From Thecamonas trahens ATCC 50062 (taxonomy: Eukaryota; Protista; Apusomonadida): 63,973 bases of DNA. The translations under genes and the position numbers were made by a program. The stretch spans positions 124,001 through 187,973 of the forward strand of contig NW_013657655.1 in NCBI RefSeq assembly GCF_000142905.1, given 5' to 3'. Under the pieces are notes generated by a model. The model saw only the letters and a list, made by a program, of their open reading frames with translations. It had not been told where the DNA came from and ran no database searches. Positions 44,501 to 54,700 of the stretch are shown here, piece after piece. The first letter of the stretch is position 1; each line of letters opens with the position of its first letter.

Positions 44501-46149
44501 CGTTCCGTGAGGACGTGCACAACGAGGGCGCCAAGGCGTCTGCGGCGGCAGCGGTGCACAAGCTCCGCAAGCGGGTGAAGAAGGAGGAAGTGGCGCTGCG
44601 GGCTGATGCGGACCGGCGTGAGGCCGAGGCGCGCGCGGCCGCTGAGGCTGCCCATCGTGCAGAGCGGTTTGAGCCGGTCGTGGCCGAGCTGGCGGATGTT
44701 GGCGTCGAAGCCGCCATCCAGCTGCTCAGCGAGTTTGAGACTGCGTTTGCGCCAGTGGTCGAAGCAGGCAAAATCGACGTTAACGCACTGCACGATCGGC
44801 GGGCCCGTCTCGTCCGCAACCTTGCGCGGGCCAAGGCGGTGTTCGAAGCGTGGTCGGCTGACATCTTCTCGCGCAAGTTGGAGAAAAAGGCGGCGGCATG
44901 GGTCAAACGGCTGCGCGTCCTGCTGAGGCGCGAGGACGACGCGATGGAAGCCGACCTCGTTGTTGTCGCCAAGTACTCCAAGGTCTCGCAGGTGCGTGTC
45001 AAGCTCGACGCGGCGCGCGAGGCCAAGCTGGCCAAGCTTGCGGCGCGTCGCGAGGAGCTGCTGGCGGCCGAGGAGGCCAAGGCGCGTGCGGCAGCGGCGC
45101 GTGCGTCTGCAGCAGTGCGGGCCGAGGCGCGGCGAAAGCGCGAGACTGAGCGGGCGGCGCGCAAGCTCACGCGACAGCGAACGCGGTTCCTGCGCAAGCT
45201 GCGGGCGTCTGCGACAGCGCTCAATGAGGCCGGCCTCCGCGTGCTGTACCAGAACATGCCGTGCGAAATCCGGTACCGCGGGCCGATCACATTCAACTTT
45301 GCCAAGCGCGACCCGAGCTACGACGTGCGGAACGACGAGATGTACATTGGGCTCGAGACGCCGGTCGGCAAGCACTCGTACAACTCGGGCGCCATTTCGG
45401 GCGTCAAGTACTTCAAGTGCTACCCGCAGCACGGGGTGTTTGTGGAGCCGAGCAAGCTGTATTCGATCGACCCGTTGGCGGAGCGCGGCAAGCCGTTGGA
45501 AGTCGGCGACAAGGTGTGGCATGCCGACTCGCGGTTTCTGCGAACGGGTTACGTGCTCTTTGTGGGCATGACGCATTTTTCTGATGGCGCTACGCTCGTG
45601 GGCGTGCGACTGGACCAAGACGAGGCGCTAGGCAACACCGACGGAACAGTCGACGGGCTTCGATACTTTGACGTCGAGTTTGCGCGCGGAATGTTCTTCC
45701 GCGCCGACGAGTGCTACCGCATTGCGCCGTGGGACGACAGCGAGGCCGAGACCATCATCGCCGACTACTGCGCGCTCCACGACATCGACATCGAGTCCGA
45801 GTCGGGCTACATGTCAGACACCGAGGTCGAGGAAAAGCTGTTTGAGGCCGAGCAGGAGCCCGCGTACGCCGACGTGGACGATGAGCCGCAGTCGGGCATC
45901 GTGCCCTCGCCGTCGGACATTTACCAGCTCCCGGGCTCGTCGTCGGCGGCAGTCATGTCGGCCATGGGCTCGACTACATTTCCGCAGTCGCCGTCCGAGT
46001 TTGCGCTCGGCTCGGTCGGCTCCGAAACGTTCTCCGTCGGCGCGCTCGGCGGCATTGGAGGCTTGAACGGCTCCATCGACGACCTTGTGCTCGAGGGGCT
46101 CGGCTCGTTCAACTCGAGTACGGACGACATCAAGCTGAACGCCGCGTAA
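41503..46149 (+). CDS. Unconventional myosin: motor, degenerate IQ, coiled-coil/SAH tail, two C-terminal CAP-Gly domains
   Basis: P-loop GESGAGKT, switch I NHNSSRFGK, switch II DIFGFE, FEQLCINLTNERLQ, FVRCVKP, GKTKVF. CAP-Gly IGLETPVGKHSYNSGAISGVKYFKCYPQHGVFV and VGVRLDQDEALGNTDGTVDGLRYFDVEFARGMF. Confidence 0.93.
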   Translation: MSALHQGQWVWLEKLPMPDGVSRGRAGRVAGRVRSVEAESGEVVVEPFWGELCDTCCELPEYAHPQARPKLVTVPRGGSVTVVAMSATNVAGRANMMELADLNVGELMHNLRIRYKASPMEYYTYVGDILIVVNPMRPTPLADVEHMHAYAGTAFKDPALRPHIFAIAERAYTQLLETSAPQAVIISGESGAGKTYSTRHVLDFLAFRSRKAAAAGAADATDADPAIPRGSDSLSNLGAASEILEALGNSKTLRNHNSSRFGKFVKIYFSHTTPGVIQGAFIQTYLLEKSRIVDQDDGERNYHIFYLMLEYLDSEIRSELGLGPVESYAYLIGSTGANASSWRVQPDAAATPMEDAERWDDLLAAIGALGLDDVFADVWRVCAAILHLGNIEFEAPDHDTSSSTLCTITNPELVSHVARLLCVDEEALTKTLLTCKVVSESRSYSVDKAKANVDALAKSLYAKMFDKVVSAINDALGGGSGGLDSSRSRAWIGVLDIFGFESFQDHPDVKGVATTANTFEQLCINLTNERLQRYFYDELIPKQLEHYAAEGIDVDAIQYDDNAMAVDVLMEGKFSVLSLLDDATRTATSLPKYRADPSLGDNLWVQLVSEAHAPSKDNLKLTKRATEHDFLGWFADQLDDRASSSFCVHHFAGTVWYSARGCIDKNSDKVATDCIELMATSGTEWLAACYDTGRASAERASVARGFARQLRELVCPPAWKSAANVSGGELDAAANPLFVRCVKPICRRQPGKTHGWLEDHKVLDQLQSAGMYAVIQMRQAGYPTELDKAEFLDVYWELEEDVKVLMDLRSEDDQIHHLARLIASDPGVVLGDLRGMPPYQVGKTKVFMKGSMASAMASALRAVQDSKLTRMEAAAKHLKSLIRMSLVSSRLPELRETAAARFEYLRRKRAFIAQGLTPEQADEAIRREDEEAAAREEERYVRKHYAPLQNKVDEAQVPQLLDALHASANEEASPYYAAEIRERAAKLARVANAVQATLDAFREDVHNEGAKASAAAAVHKLRKRVKKEEVALRADADRREAEARAAAEAAHRAERFEPVVAELADVGVEAAIQLLSEFETAFAPVVEAGKIDVNALHDRRARLVRNLARAKAVFEAWSADIFSRKLEKKAAAWVKRLRVLLRREDDAMEADLVVVAKYSKVSQVRVKLDAAREAKLAKLAARREELLAAEEAKARAAAARASAAVRAEARRKRETERAARKLTRQRTRFLRKLRASATALNEAGLRVLYQNMPCEIRYRGPITFNFAKRDPSYDVRNDEMYIGLETPVGKHSYNSGAISGVKYFKCYPQHGVFVEPSKLYSIDPLAERGKPLEVGDKVWHADSRFLRTGYVLFVGMTHFSDGATLVGVRLDQDEALGNTDGTVDGLRYFDVEFARGMFFRADECYRIAPWDDSEAETIIADYCALHDIDIESESGYMSDTEVEEKLFEAEQEPAYADVDDEPQSGIVPSPSDIYQLPGSSSAAVMSAMGSTTFPQSPSEFALGSVGSETFSVGALGGIGGLNGSIDDLVLEGLGSFNSSTDDIKLNAA

Positions 46150-46173
46150 AGCGCTTGAGATGTGTGCGTGCGT

Positions 46174-46222
<49 letters not shown>

Positions 46223-46223
46223 T

Positions 46224-48423
46224 TCACTTGTTGTTTCGCCGTCCGCGGCTCGGCAGGCGCAGGGTCGGCACGGCGTTGCCAAAGTTCTCGGCGGCGAGCA
46301 GCGGCTTCTTCGGGGCGCCTGCAGTGGCGTCACTCGAAGTGTTGACCGGCGTGGTCGTGTGCGGCCGATCGCCGCCAAACCTGGCGCTACCATTGCCGGA
46401 GCCGGAGCCGGTGGCGTTGGGGCGAAAGGAAGGGCGGGCTGGCGGCTGGAAGCCTGACGGCTGGCCGGCAAAGCTGACGGAACGGTTGCCAAAGCCGGCG
46501 TTGGAGCGGGCGTTGGCGTTGGACGAAAACGTGTTGTTGTTGCTGTTGTTGTTGCTGTTGCGGTTGCCGAGCCCACCACTTGGTTGGTTGGAGGCAAAGT
46601 TGTGAGAGTTGCCACGAGCAGCGCCGTTGGCGCTGGTGCCACCGCTAAACGTGTGGTTGGAGTTGGACGAAGAGCTTCCAGTGCCTGCGGATGGCAGCCG
46701 TGCTACAGTGAGGCAGGCGTAGAGGGAGAAGGGGCGCAGCGCAGGAAACGACAGGACGCAAGGCGGAGGGCGCGAGGCGGAGGGGAGATGCAGAGAACAG
46801 GAAAGGGAGGGACGAGACAACGGAGCTACTTACCAAACTTGAAGCCGCCGCCGCCACCACCTGCCTTCTTTGCGCCAAAGTTAAAGCCGCCGCCGGCCTT
46901 GTTGCCGCCTGCGGCATTGCCCTTGTTGCCAAAGTTGAAGCCGCCGCCGGCCTTGTTGCCGCCTGCGGCGTTGCCCTTGTTGCCAAAGTTGAAGCCACCG
47001 CCGGCCTTGTTGCCGCCTGCGGCGTTGCCCTTGTTGCCAAAGTTGAAACCGCCGCCGCCGCCACCCGACTTGTTGCCAAAGCCAAAGCCGGTGCTGGTCT
47101 TGTTGCCTGTGGCGATGCCTGCAGCCTGGCGGGCCTTCTCGAGAGCCTCATGGATGACCTTTTCCCGCTCGGGCATGATGACCTTGAGCAGTTTGCGCTC
47201 GGCCTCTGCGACGCGGCGGCGCTCGCGCTCGTCGGCCTCGTCGAACGGGTTGGAGTAGTCCTGGCGCGAGCGGCACCACTGGAGGTAGCTCTCGCGCTGG
47301 GTGTCCATGGCCTCGTGGAGGGCAGCAACCTGGGCGGCGACCGCCATGAAAAACTCGTGCTGGTTGCGCATGATTTCCTTCAGCATTTGCGGCGTGAACC
47401 GGCGGCGCTCCTGCGCAGCCTGCAGATGGCTCTCGACCTGACGGATGTTGACGCGGAAATCGTCCATCTTGGACTCGAACGACTGCAGCAGCCGCCGAAA
47501 GTAGGCCTCCGTAAAGGCCGGCATGTCGCCCGACAAGGTGGCCGCGCTCGAGAGCGTCATCCTCGACGCGTACTCGGCCTGCTTCAGCTCGTGCGAGACC
47601 TCGAGCCGCAGCTGCTCAACCGCCAACCGAGTCTGCTCGATCTCTGCCACCACCGCCACTAGCTGCTGCGAGTTCCCGCGGGTCCGGTTATGGATCTCGA
47701 GCAGCTCCTTGGACGAGTGCATCCCGACCTTGGCCGCTTCCGCCTTGGCATTGTTGATCGCCTGCGCAATCTTGACCAGGTTGAGCCGATTCTTGTCATC
47801 GGCTTCCAGTTTGGACAGCGTCGTGCTGCCATTGTACTTTGGCCCAGGCGCGGTGGTGTTGCCGGTGCTGGAGCCCGCAGAGTTGTCGCTCGCCCCTCCT
47901 CCTCCGCCGGTTGTCTTGTTGCCAAAGTTGAAGCCACCCGCCTTGGCACCACCGGCAGCGGCACCACCTGCTGCCCCCGACTTGTTGCCAAAGTTGAAGC
48001 CACCCGCCTTGGCGCCTGCTCCACCAGCTGCATTTCCGCCCGTTGCGTTCCCGCCTGCGGTTGTCTTGCTCCCACCAAAGTTGAAGCCGCCAGCCTTCTT
48101 GGCGCCACCCGCTGCGTTGCCGCCTCCGGCTGTAGACTTTGCACCAAAGTTAAAGCCACCAGCCTTGGCCCCACCACCGCCACCCTTGTTGGCGCCAAAC
48201 TTGAACCCGCTCCTAACCACATCCTCTCTTGTTGTGAGTATGGTTCTGCTCGCTGACCTCTGCCCGGCGAGATGGCGCCCATTGACCGCGTCGCAAAAAT
48301 AGGTCGCAAAGCGGGACCGGGGGGGGGGGGGGGGGACATCGGACGGTGGGGGGCGGGGAGGGGGGGGGAGGGTGGAGGATGGAGGGATGATATGGGAGGG
48401 AGGGGGATGTATATGGCTTACAT
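46224..48423 (-). CDS. NUP58: FG nucleoporin Nup58/Nup45 (Nup49-like); introns 48213-48421 and 46685-46833
   Basis: GGFNFG repeats on both sides of the coiled coil YFRRLLQSFESKMDDFRVNIRQVESHL...FTPQMLKEIMRNQHEFFMAVAAQVAALHEAMDTQRESYL...NPF, characteristic of Nup58. Confidence 0.85.
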
Positions 48424-48708
48424 GGCTTGATTGCACAATGGTGCGAGGTGTGTTGGCTGCAGAGGTGGGTGGTGGTGCCGGCCGAGTGGGTGGGTGATGG
48501 GCTGGGGAGTGGCGGCTGGCTTGCTGCCATCGCCCGCCCCATCGGACCGGAGTGGTTGGTTGCCGACGACTGCGACTGGCCAACCCCTCCCCCCCCCCCC
48601 CCCCCCCTTGGCATCACCGCCCGCTTAGTGGACGGTCTTTGCCTGTGCGCCTTGTGTTCACTCTACCTACCACGCATCTCTGCACCAAGATCAAGGCAGA
48701 CGGGCGGT

Positions 48709-50779
48709 ATGTCCGGACGGGTGCGGCACTGTCGAGGATGTAGAAAGCGGGTATGTTGCATGTGGGTGTTCGAGGTGGACGGTGGGGACCGTTGCGGCGG
48801 TTTGGTGGGGGTGGGAGGGGAACGGGGAGCGGGGAGCGGGGAGGGGGGGAGGGGGTGGGGCTTGCAATCAGCACCACTCACTCCACAAAACGCATGGGTG
48901 TACTACTTCGCCATGTCCTGGCGGTGAGGTAGGTATATCCCACCGAACTCTTCCGTGCTCTCGACGCCGACTGGCATCGTGGGTGCTTCCGATGCTCGGC
49001 CTGCGCATGTACGCTCAGCCTGGCCAACCACTACTCGGTCCGCAACAGCGACGGTGATAAGATCCCTTATTGCAGAGTCCATCGGCCGGATGCATCAGTG
49101 GCGCTGACTGCTGGAGGTGTGAGACGCGACAATCAGGCACAGAAGCCCAGTAGATCGCATGCTGCTTTCGCCGGCCTCGCCGCGCCCAAGCCTGAGCAGC
49201 TCTGCCCTGTCTGCAACAAGGCCGTCTACCCGGTCGATCGCATCCGGGCTCTGCGCACCAACTTTCACACCGGCTGCTTTCGCTGCGTCAGCTGCACAAC
49301 AGTGCTCAACATCAAGAACTTCCAGTCGTACGAGGGGGTGCTCTACTGTGCTGCCCATCTCCCGCGCGTCCGCCAGGGGCTCGGCCGCGCTTCACCGGCT
49401 GCTTCGTCCATCGGCTATCGTGGCGGTCCGCCCCAGCCTACGCCCGAGCTGGCGCCCGAGCCCGTGTCCGAGCCCAAACCCGAGCCCAGGCCCGAGCCCA
49501 AGCCCGAGTCCGAGCCCAAACCCGAGCTCGAGCCTGAGCCCGAGCCCGAGCCCAAGCCCGATCCCGAGTCAGAGCCAGAGACAGACGATGACTCGGGCCT
49601 CTCGCCTTTGCCGCTGGCGCTGTCATCGGCTTCATCGTCCCCGCCGGACTCACCGCGGCCACCACCGTCTGCTCTTAACCACTCTCGTGTGAAGCAGGCC
49701 GGGTTCATTGGCATCGCCACCGCCGTGGAAGCCTGGACCGCCGAGGATTCCGACGAGCTGAGCTTCAAGGCAGGCGACACGCTACTCGTCACGTTTGAGG
49801 ACGGCGATTCGTGGTGGTCAGGCGTAGTCTCATCGCACGACACCGAGGCCGACGCTGCAGCTCTTGGCGAGGCCCTCCTCTTCCCGCTCTCACATGTCGA
49901 GATCGTGGCCATGTTCTCGGATGCGCCCGATGCGTCACCGGGCGGAGTGGACGGCGCTATCGGCCTCTGTGAAGTCCTGTACGACTACGAGGCAGCCGAA
50001 GACGGGGAGCTATCCCTTCAGCAGGGTCAGGTCATCCACGTGGTCTCGTTTGACAACTCCGAGTGGTGGACCGGGGTGGAGGCCAGCTCGGGCTCGCGCG
50101 GCATGTTCCCCTCGCTCCACGTCAAGCTACTGGAGGCGACGACTGATGAGAGGCCGGCGACCGCGCCGCGCCGCGAGCGGCCACCTCTCGGTGACCTCGC
50201 CCACGAAGAGACGGTGGGCGAAGGCTGGGTTGTCACTCCGTGGATCGAGGAGGAGGACAGCGAGCTCGGGCTTCAGGTAGGCGACTACGTGCTCGTCGTC
50301 GAGTTTGACAATGACGAGTGGTGGACCGCCATCAATGTCCGCACCATGGATGCCGGCCTCGCGCCCGCCATGTGCATCGAGCTGGTCGAGAGCCCAGCCT
50401 CTTCCGCAAGCTTCGGTAAGCAGGTTCGGGTCCTCTTTGACCGCGCCGCAGTCGACGACGACGAGCTCTCGATCAGCACCGGCGACATCATTCACGTCCT
50501 CGACGAGACCTCCGACTCGTGGTGGTCAGGGGAACTGCGCGGGCGCGAGGGCCTTTTTCCGCTCACACACGTCGAGACCATCGACATCGCTAGTCTTCCG
50601 CGTTGCAAGGCTACTGCCGACTATGCTGCAGAAGCCAGCGACGAGCTCTCGTTCAGTGTCGGTGACGAGCTAGTCATCTACTCGCGGGACAACGAAGATT
50701 GGAGCACCGCTGGCCTTGGTGCCGCATTGGCCTCGTTCCCAATATGCATCTCGACCACGAGCCTGCTCTCGAGGCATGA
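48709..50779 (+). CDS. Adaptor with two LIM domains, a PE-rich linker and five SH3 domains; intron 48751-48932
   Basis: LIM1 CRGCRKR|VYPTE...[11 protein letters not shown]...YCRVH; LIM2 CPVCNKAVY...[11 protein letters not shown]...YCAAH; five ELS/ELG...W(W)...P SH3 cores. A frameshift near 50720 restores [11 protein letters not shown] with stop at 50777-50779. Confidence 0.88.
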
Positions 50780-50785
50780 TGCACC

Positions 50786-51481
50786 TTACTGGCTCCGCGC
50801 CGCGAGATAGCCGCGCACCATGGCTTGGTCGGTGAGGTCGACCGGTGTCGCACCGTCGTCATCGACCGCCGCCACATCGAATCCAGCTTCCACAAGCAGC
50901 GAGGTGCAGTAAAAGTCGTCGCTGGCCGTAGCCAAATGCAGCAGCGTCCGTCCACCGCCCACCCGGTGCTGCATCAGCTCGTCGACGCCGCCCTCGCTCG
51001 CGCCCGCTTCCTTCAGCAACGAGTGCAGCAGCGTAGCATCCGACGCCCGGACCGCAGCCTCGACCTTGCGCGAAAGGCAACCAATCGGCAGTGTGGCGTC
51101 TTCGACAGCAGTCTCCGCAGGAACGCTGGGCGCTGCATTCGCAGGCGCGGCCACTGCGCAAGCCGCTGCGCCTGAGTTCGCCCCACTGAGCATCCGTAGC
51201 TGACCGGAGAGCGGAGGCGGAGCCACCTTCCATGCCACCACCCCCAACGTGTTGATCACATGCGGATCGCACCCTGCGCCCAGCACCACCATGGCTGTGG
51301 CCAGCGATCCCGACCGAGCCGCAGCATGCAGCAGAGTACCGCCATCAGCGTCGCGCATGCTGGCCACGCCTGCCTTGCCAACCTCCGCCGTCATGTGAAC
51401 AAGGCTCTCAGCCAGGCGCTCGGCCTCTCCGCTCATAGCCAATGCAAACAGCTCGTCCGACGTAGTCTCACTGTGCGCCAT
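50786..51481 (-). CDS. Ankyrin-repeat protein
   Basis: [16 protein letters not shown] and [14 protein letters not shown]...[10 protein letters not shown]. Confidence 0.8.
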   Translation of the reverse strand: MAHSETTSDELFALAMSGEAERLAESLVHMTAEVGKAGVASMRDADGGTLLHAAARSGSLATAMVVLGAGCDPHVINTLGVVAWKVAPPPLSGQLRMLSGANSGAAACAVAAPANAAPSVPAETAVEDATLPIGCLSRKVEAAVRASDATLLHSLLKEAGASEGGVDELMQHRVGGGRTLLHLATASDDFYCTSLLVEAGFDVAAVDDDGATPVDLTDQAMVRGYLAARSQ

Positions 51482-51788
51482 GCTATTGTTGAGCGAGGAG
51501 GAGGGGTGTGCAGGGCGTGGGACGGGGCAGGGGGTTGTGAGGAAGGTGAGGGCGGCCTTGGCGCTGATCACGCTGCCGTTGATCAAGCCTCTGATCGATC
51601 AACCCCCCCTGCGCTCCCGGCTCCCCGCCGCCCCCCCCCCCGCCCCCCCCTCCCTGTCCTTAGTAACCCACTTCACCCCACGCCCCCTCCCCCCTTACAC
51701 ACACACACCGGCCCACCCTACCCTCACGCCACTACCAACACTCCGTGGTCACCCACCCTCTTCACATCCAGCTCGCTGCAGGCCCGCC

Positions 51789-54700
51789 ATGCCAGGAGCC
51801 CCGCCGCCGTTCGCGCGCCAGGCTTGGGCCACCGAGACGTCAGAGTTGGGCGACTCGCTGGGCGACACGCTGGGCGACACGCTGGACGACACGTTGGACG
51901 ACACGTTAGGTGACGTGCATGAGGGTTCACCGGAGTATTCCCAACCAGCTATAGGAGAAAGCTCACAGAGCCTGGACTCTGGCTCAGAGTCGGACTTGGG
52001 CGGCTTACCGCTCGCCGACCTCGCACCGCTACCGCCCATTCTGCCGCCGCTGCCGCCCTCGCTGGGCTCAGAGGCAAACACGACAGAACAGGCTGGTGGC
52101 GATGAAGGTACACTCGTTGACTCGACTCATGTCTCGTCGTTTGGCCATCTGCCCTCGTGGGGTTCGCGGGTCTCGCTCAGGTTTGCCACCCGCGCCCGCG
52201 ATGACGACGACGAGCTGCGCCCGCGCGGACCGCCGTACTTTGTCCACCCGAGCAAAGTCTTCTGGCTCCTTGTGGCCTATCTTCAGCTGTTTGTTCTCTC
52301 CACCTCGGTCTCGTCGCCGCTCACCTCGGGTGTCCGCGGCATCGGCGCAGCTCTCGGCTCGGTCGTCCTGCTCCTCGCTCCATGGCCGTTTTCCGACTCA
52401 CCCACGGTGATGGGCGGCGAGCCGACAGGTTGGTCGGTCTTGCTCTCAACAGCACCGCTTGACGTTGACTTGGCTAGCGCGCCGCTGGCTGGGCTTGTCA
52501 CCGGCGTCTTGGTCTGCGGGCTAGCTGCAGGCTGCGCTGGGGCGATCTGGCTGGCAACCGGCCGCGGCTCGCTGGTCTCTGCTGGCGGGCACCATTTGCG
52601 GGCGCTCGTTTGGTGGGTCTGCGTCGGGCTTGTCGGCCCTAGCGTTGCCGCTCTCGCCTCTGGCCGTGGCACTCTACTGGAGATTGCGGCGGCGTGGGTC
52701 TGCCTCTGCTGGCTGGTAGCTGTCGTGCTTCTCCAGTCGGGCGTTGTGCTTGTCCTCCCGCAACGATTCACCAACGGCTACCTGCTTGCACACTGCAAGA
52801 CATGGGCAACACTCCGGGTTGACCTCGACGTGCTCAACACCGAGTCGCTCTACTTTGTACTCTTCTGGCAGCTCGCTGGCTGCTGCCGGGGATTGGCGCC
52901 GGACTCGCCACTTCGCGCGACGAGGCCAAGCTCTTCATGTACATCTGGCTCGCCTTTGAGGTGGCATTCATGGCAGTGCTTGTAGTCAAGCGGCCGTACC
53001 GGTCTACGCTCTTCCTGCACATGAACCTATGGATCGGCGTTGCAACGGCGCTCCAGCTCTGCATCGCCATCCCGTTGGCGAACTCGTCGACTGCCGTCGG
53101 CGCCGAGCCGCCAATCCGGCATATCCTTGTGGCCTGGCTCTCAGTGGCGATTCTGGCGCTGACGTCATCTTGCTTGCTAGGCTACATGCTGTCGTCCAGC
53201 GTGGCACTTGCTTTGGAGCGCAAGACAGCCGTGCTTGCCAACGACGAACCGCTGTTCTGGGCTGCTGCCGGCTCGGGCGAGACCAAGATTCTGCTACAGG
53301 CTGCCAAGTTGACAGCCGCTCGTGCCGCGGCTGCGTCTAAGGCTCGCAAGGCTGCTGGTGCCGAGGTATTTTCTTTTGACAAACTGGAGGGCCTGGTCGG
53401 TGCCCACGATGGGGTCCGTGACGGGCTCCGCGAGTTGGCAATGGCTCTGCAGGTCAATGACTCGGACGGCGTGAGTGCAGGGGCAGCCAAGGCGCTTGCC
53501 GATGCCAAGGCTCTCGACGCGTCGCTGGCCCAAGCCGAGTCTGCGCTCCGCGAGCCGTTCTCATCGCAGCTTGCAGAGCGGCGGGCGCAGCTGGCGCGGG
53601 CGGTTGAGAGTCTTCAGCACGCCCTGGCCGAGTATCTGGCGGCACCTGAGTCGGAAGAGGCGCGCGCCAAGCTGGGCGACGCCTGCACGCTTGTGACGAG
53701 CATGGTCAACGCGGCCATGGATGCAGCCTCGGCAGGGCTCTTCACCTCGTTGCTCGAGGAGGACCTGCCAGCGGCGACGCAGGATGCCAACGTCCAGCTG
53801 CACAACGCAATTATTTCTGCGACGACGGCGACCGACGCCGGCGACATGGCCAGTCTCGCCCGCAACGTGGCCGAGGTTGTGGAGGCAACGTCGACGCTGG
53901 TTGAGGCGGTGTCGTCAGCGCTCAACACCGGCGAGCTTGGCGCCGCCACACGGTCGCAGCTGGTAGCTGTCCGCTCCAAGCTCATTGCCGCACGCGATGC
54001 TGTCTCACAAGCGTTTAACGTCTATGCCGCCAACCCCGATTCGGAGAGAGACCGCGACGCCATGCTCGCTGCGCTACAGGCCGCAGAGCGTGTGCGGGCG
54101 CTGGCGGTGATGGATCTCTCAGCGGCGGCACAGGCTGCACAGGCTGGAAACACCACCATCGACCGCGGTGGGCTCATCTTTGGCAGCCAGTCACAGGTTG
54201 GTCTGGCCGAGGCGGGCACGCCGCGGGCGTTGCCGGCGGCAGCGGGCTCGTCGGCCGCGCTGGCTCTGACGTCACCGCTTCTGGACGCGGCGTCGACGCT
54301 AGTGCTCCGAGCGCATGAGCTGCTCTCGGCAAACGTCAACGAGTATGCACCAACGCTGGAGCAGGGCAAGGCGCTACTGGGCGCGGCGCGGATGTTTTTG
54401 GCTGCTATGGCGCGCCTGGCCGGCGAGACGCCTGTAGACAAGCACCGGGCCGAGTTGGCCAGCCTGCATCGCCAGCTTGAAGGCGTGCTCGACAAGTTTG
54501 GCAAGTGGCTGGTGGCATATGAAGCCGATCCAGTCGACGCCACTGTCCGAGCTGAGCTCGTGCCGCGAGCGGCGGCGATTATCGCTTGCTCGTACTCGGC
54601 GCGGCAGTTGTGCCAGAGCGTGACGCTCGCCCTGCTTGGCCACGACGTCTCGGTGTGCGCTATGGCGCTCGACACCGCCATCCACAACGTGTCTGGCGCC

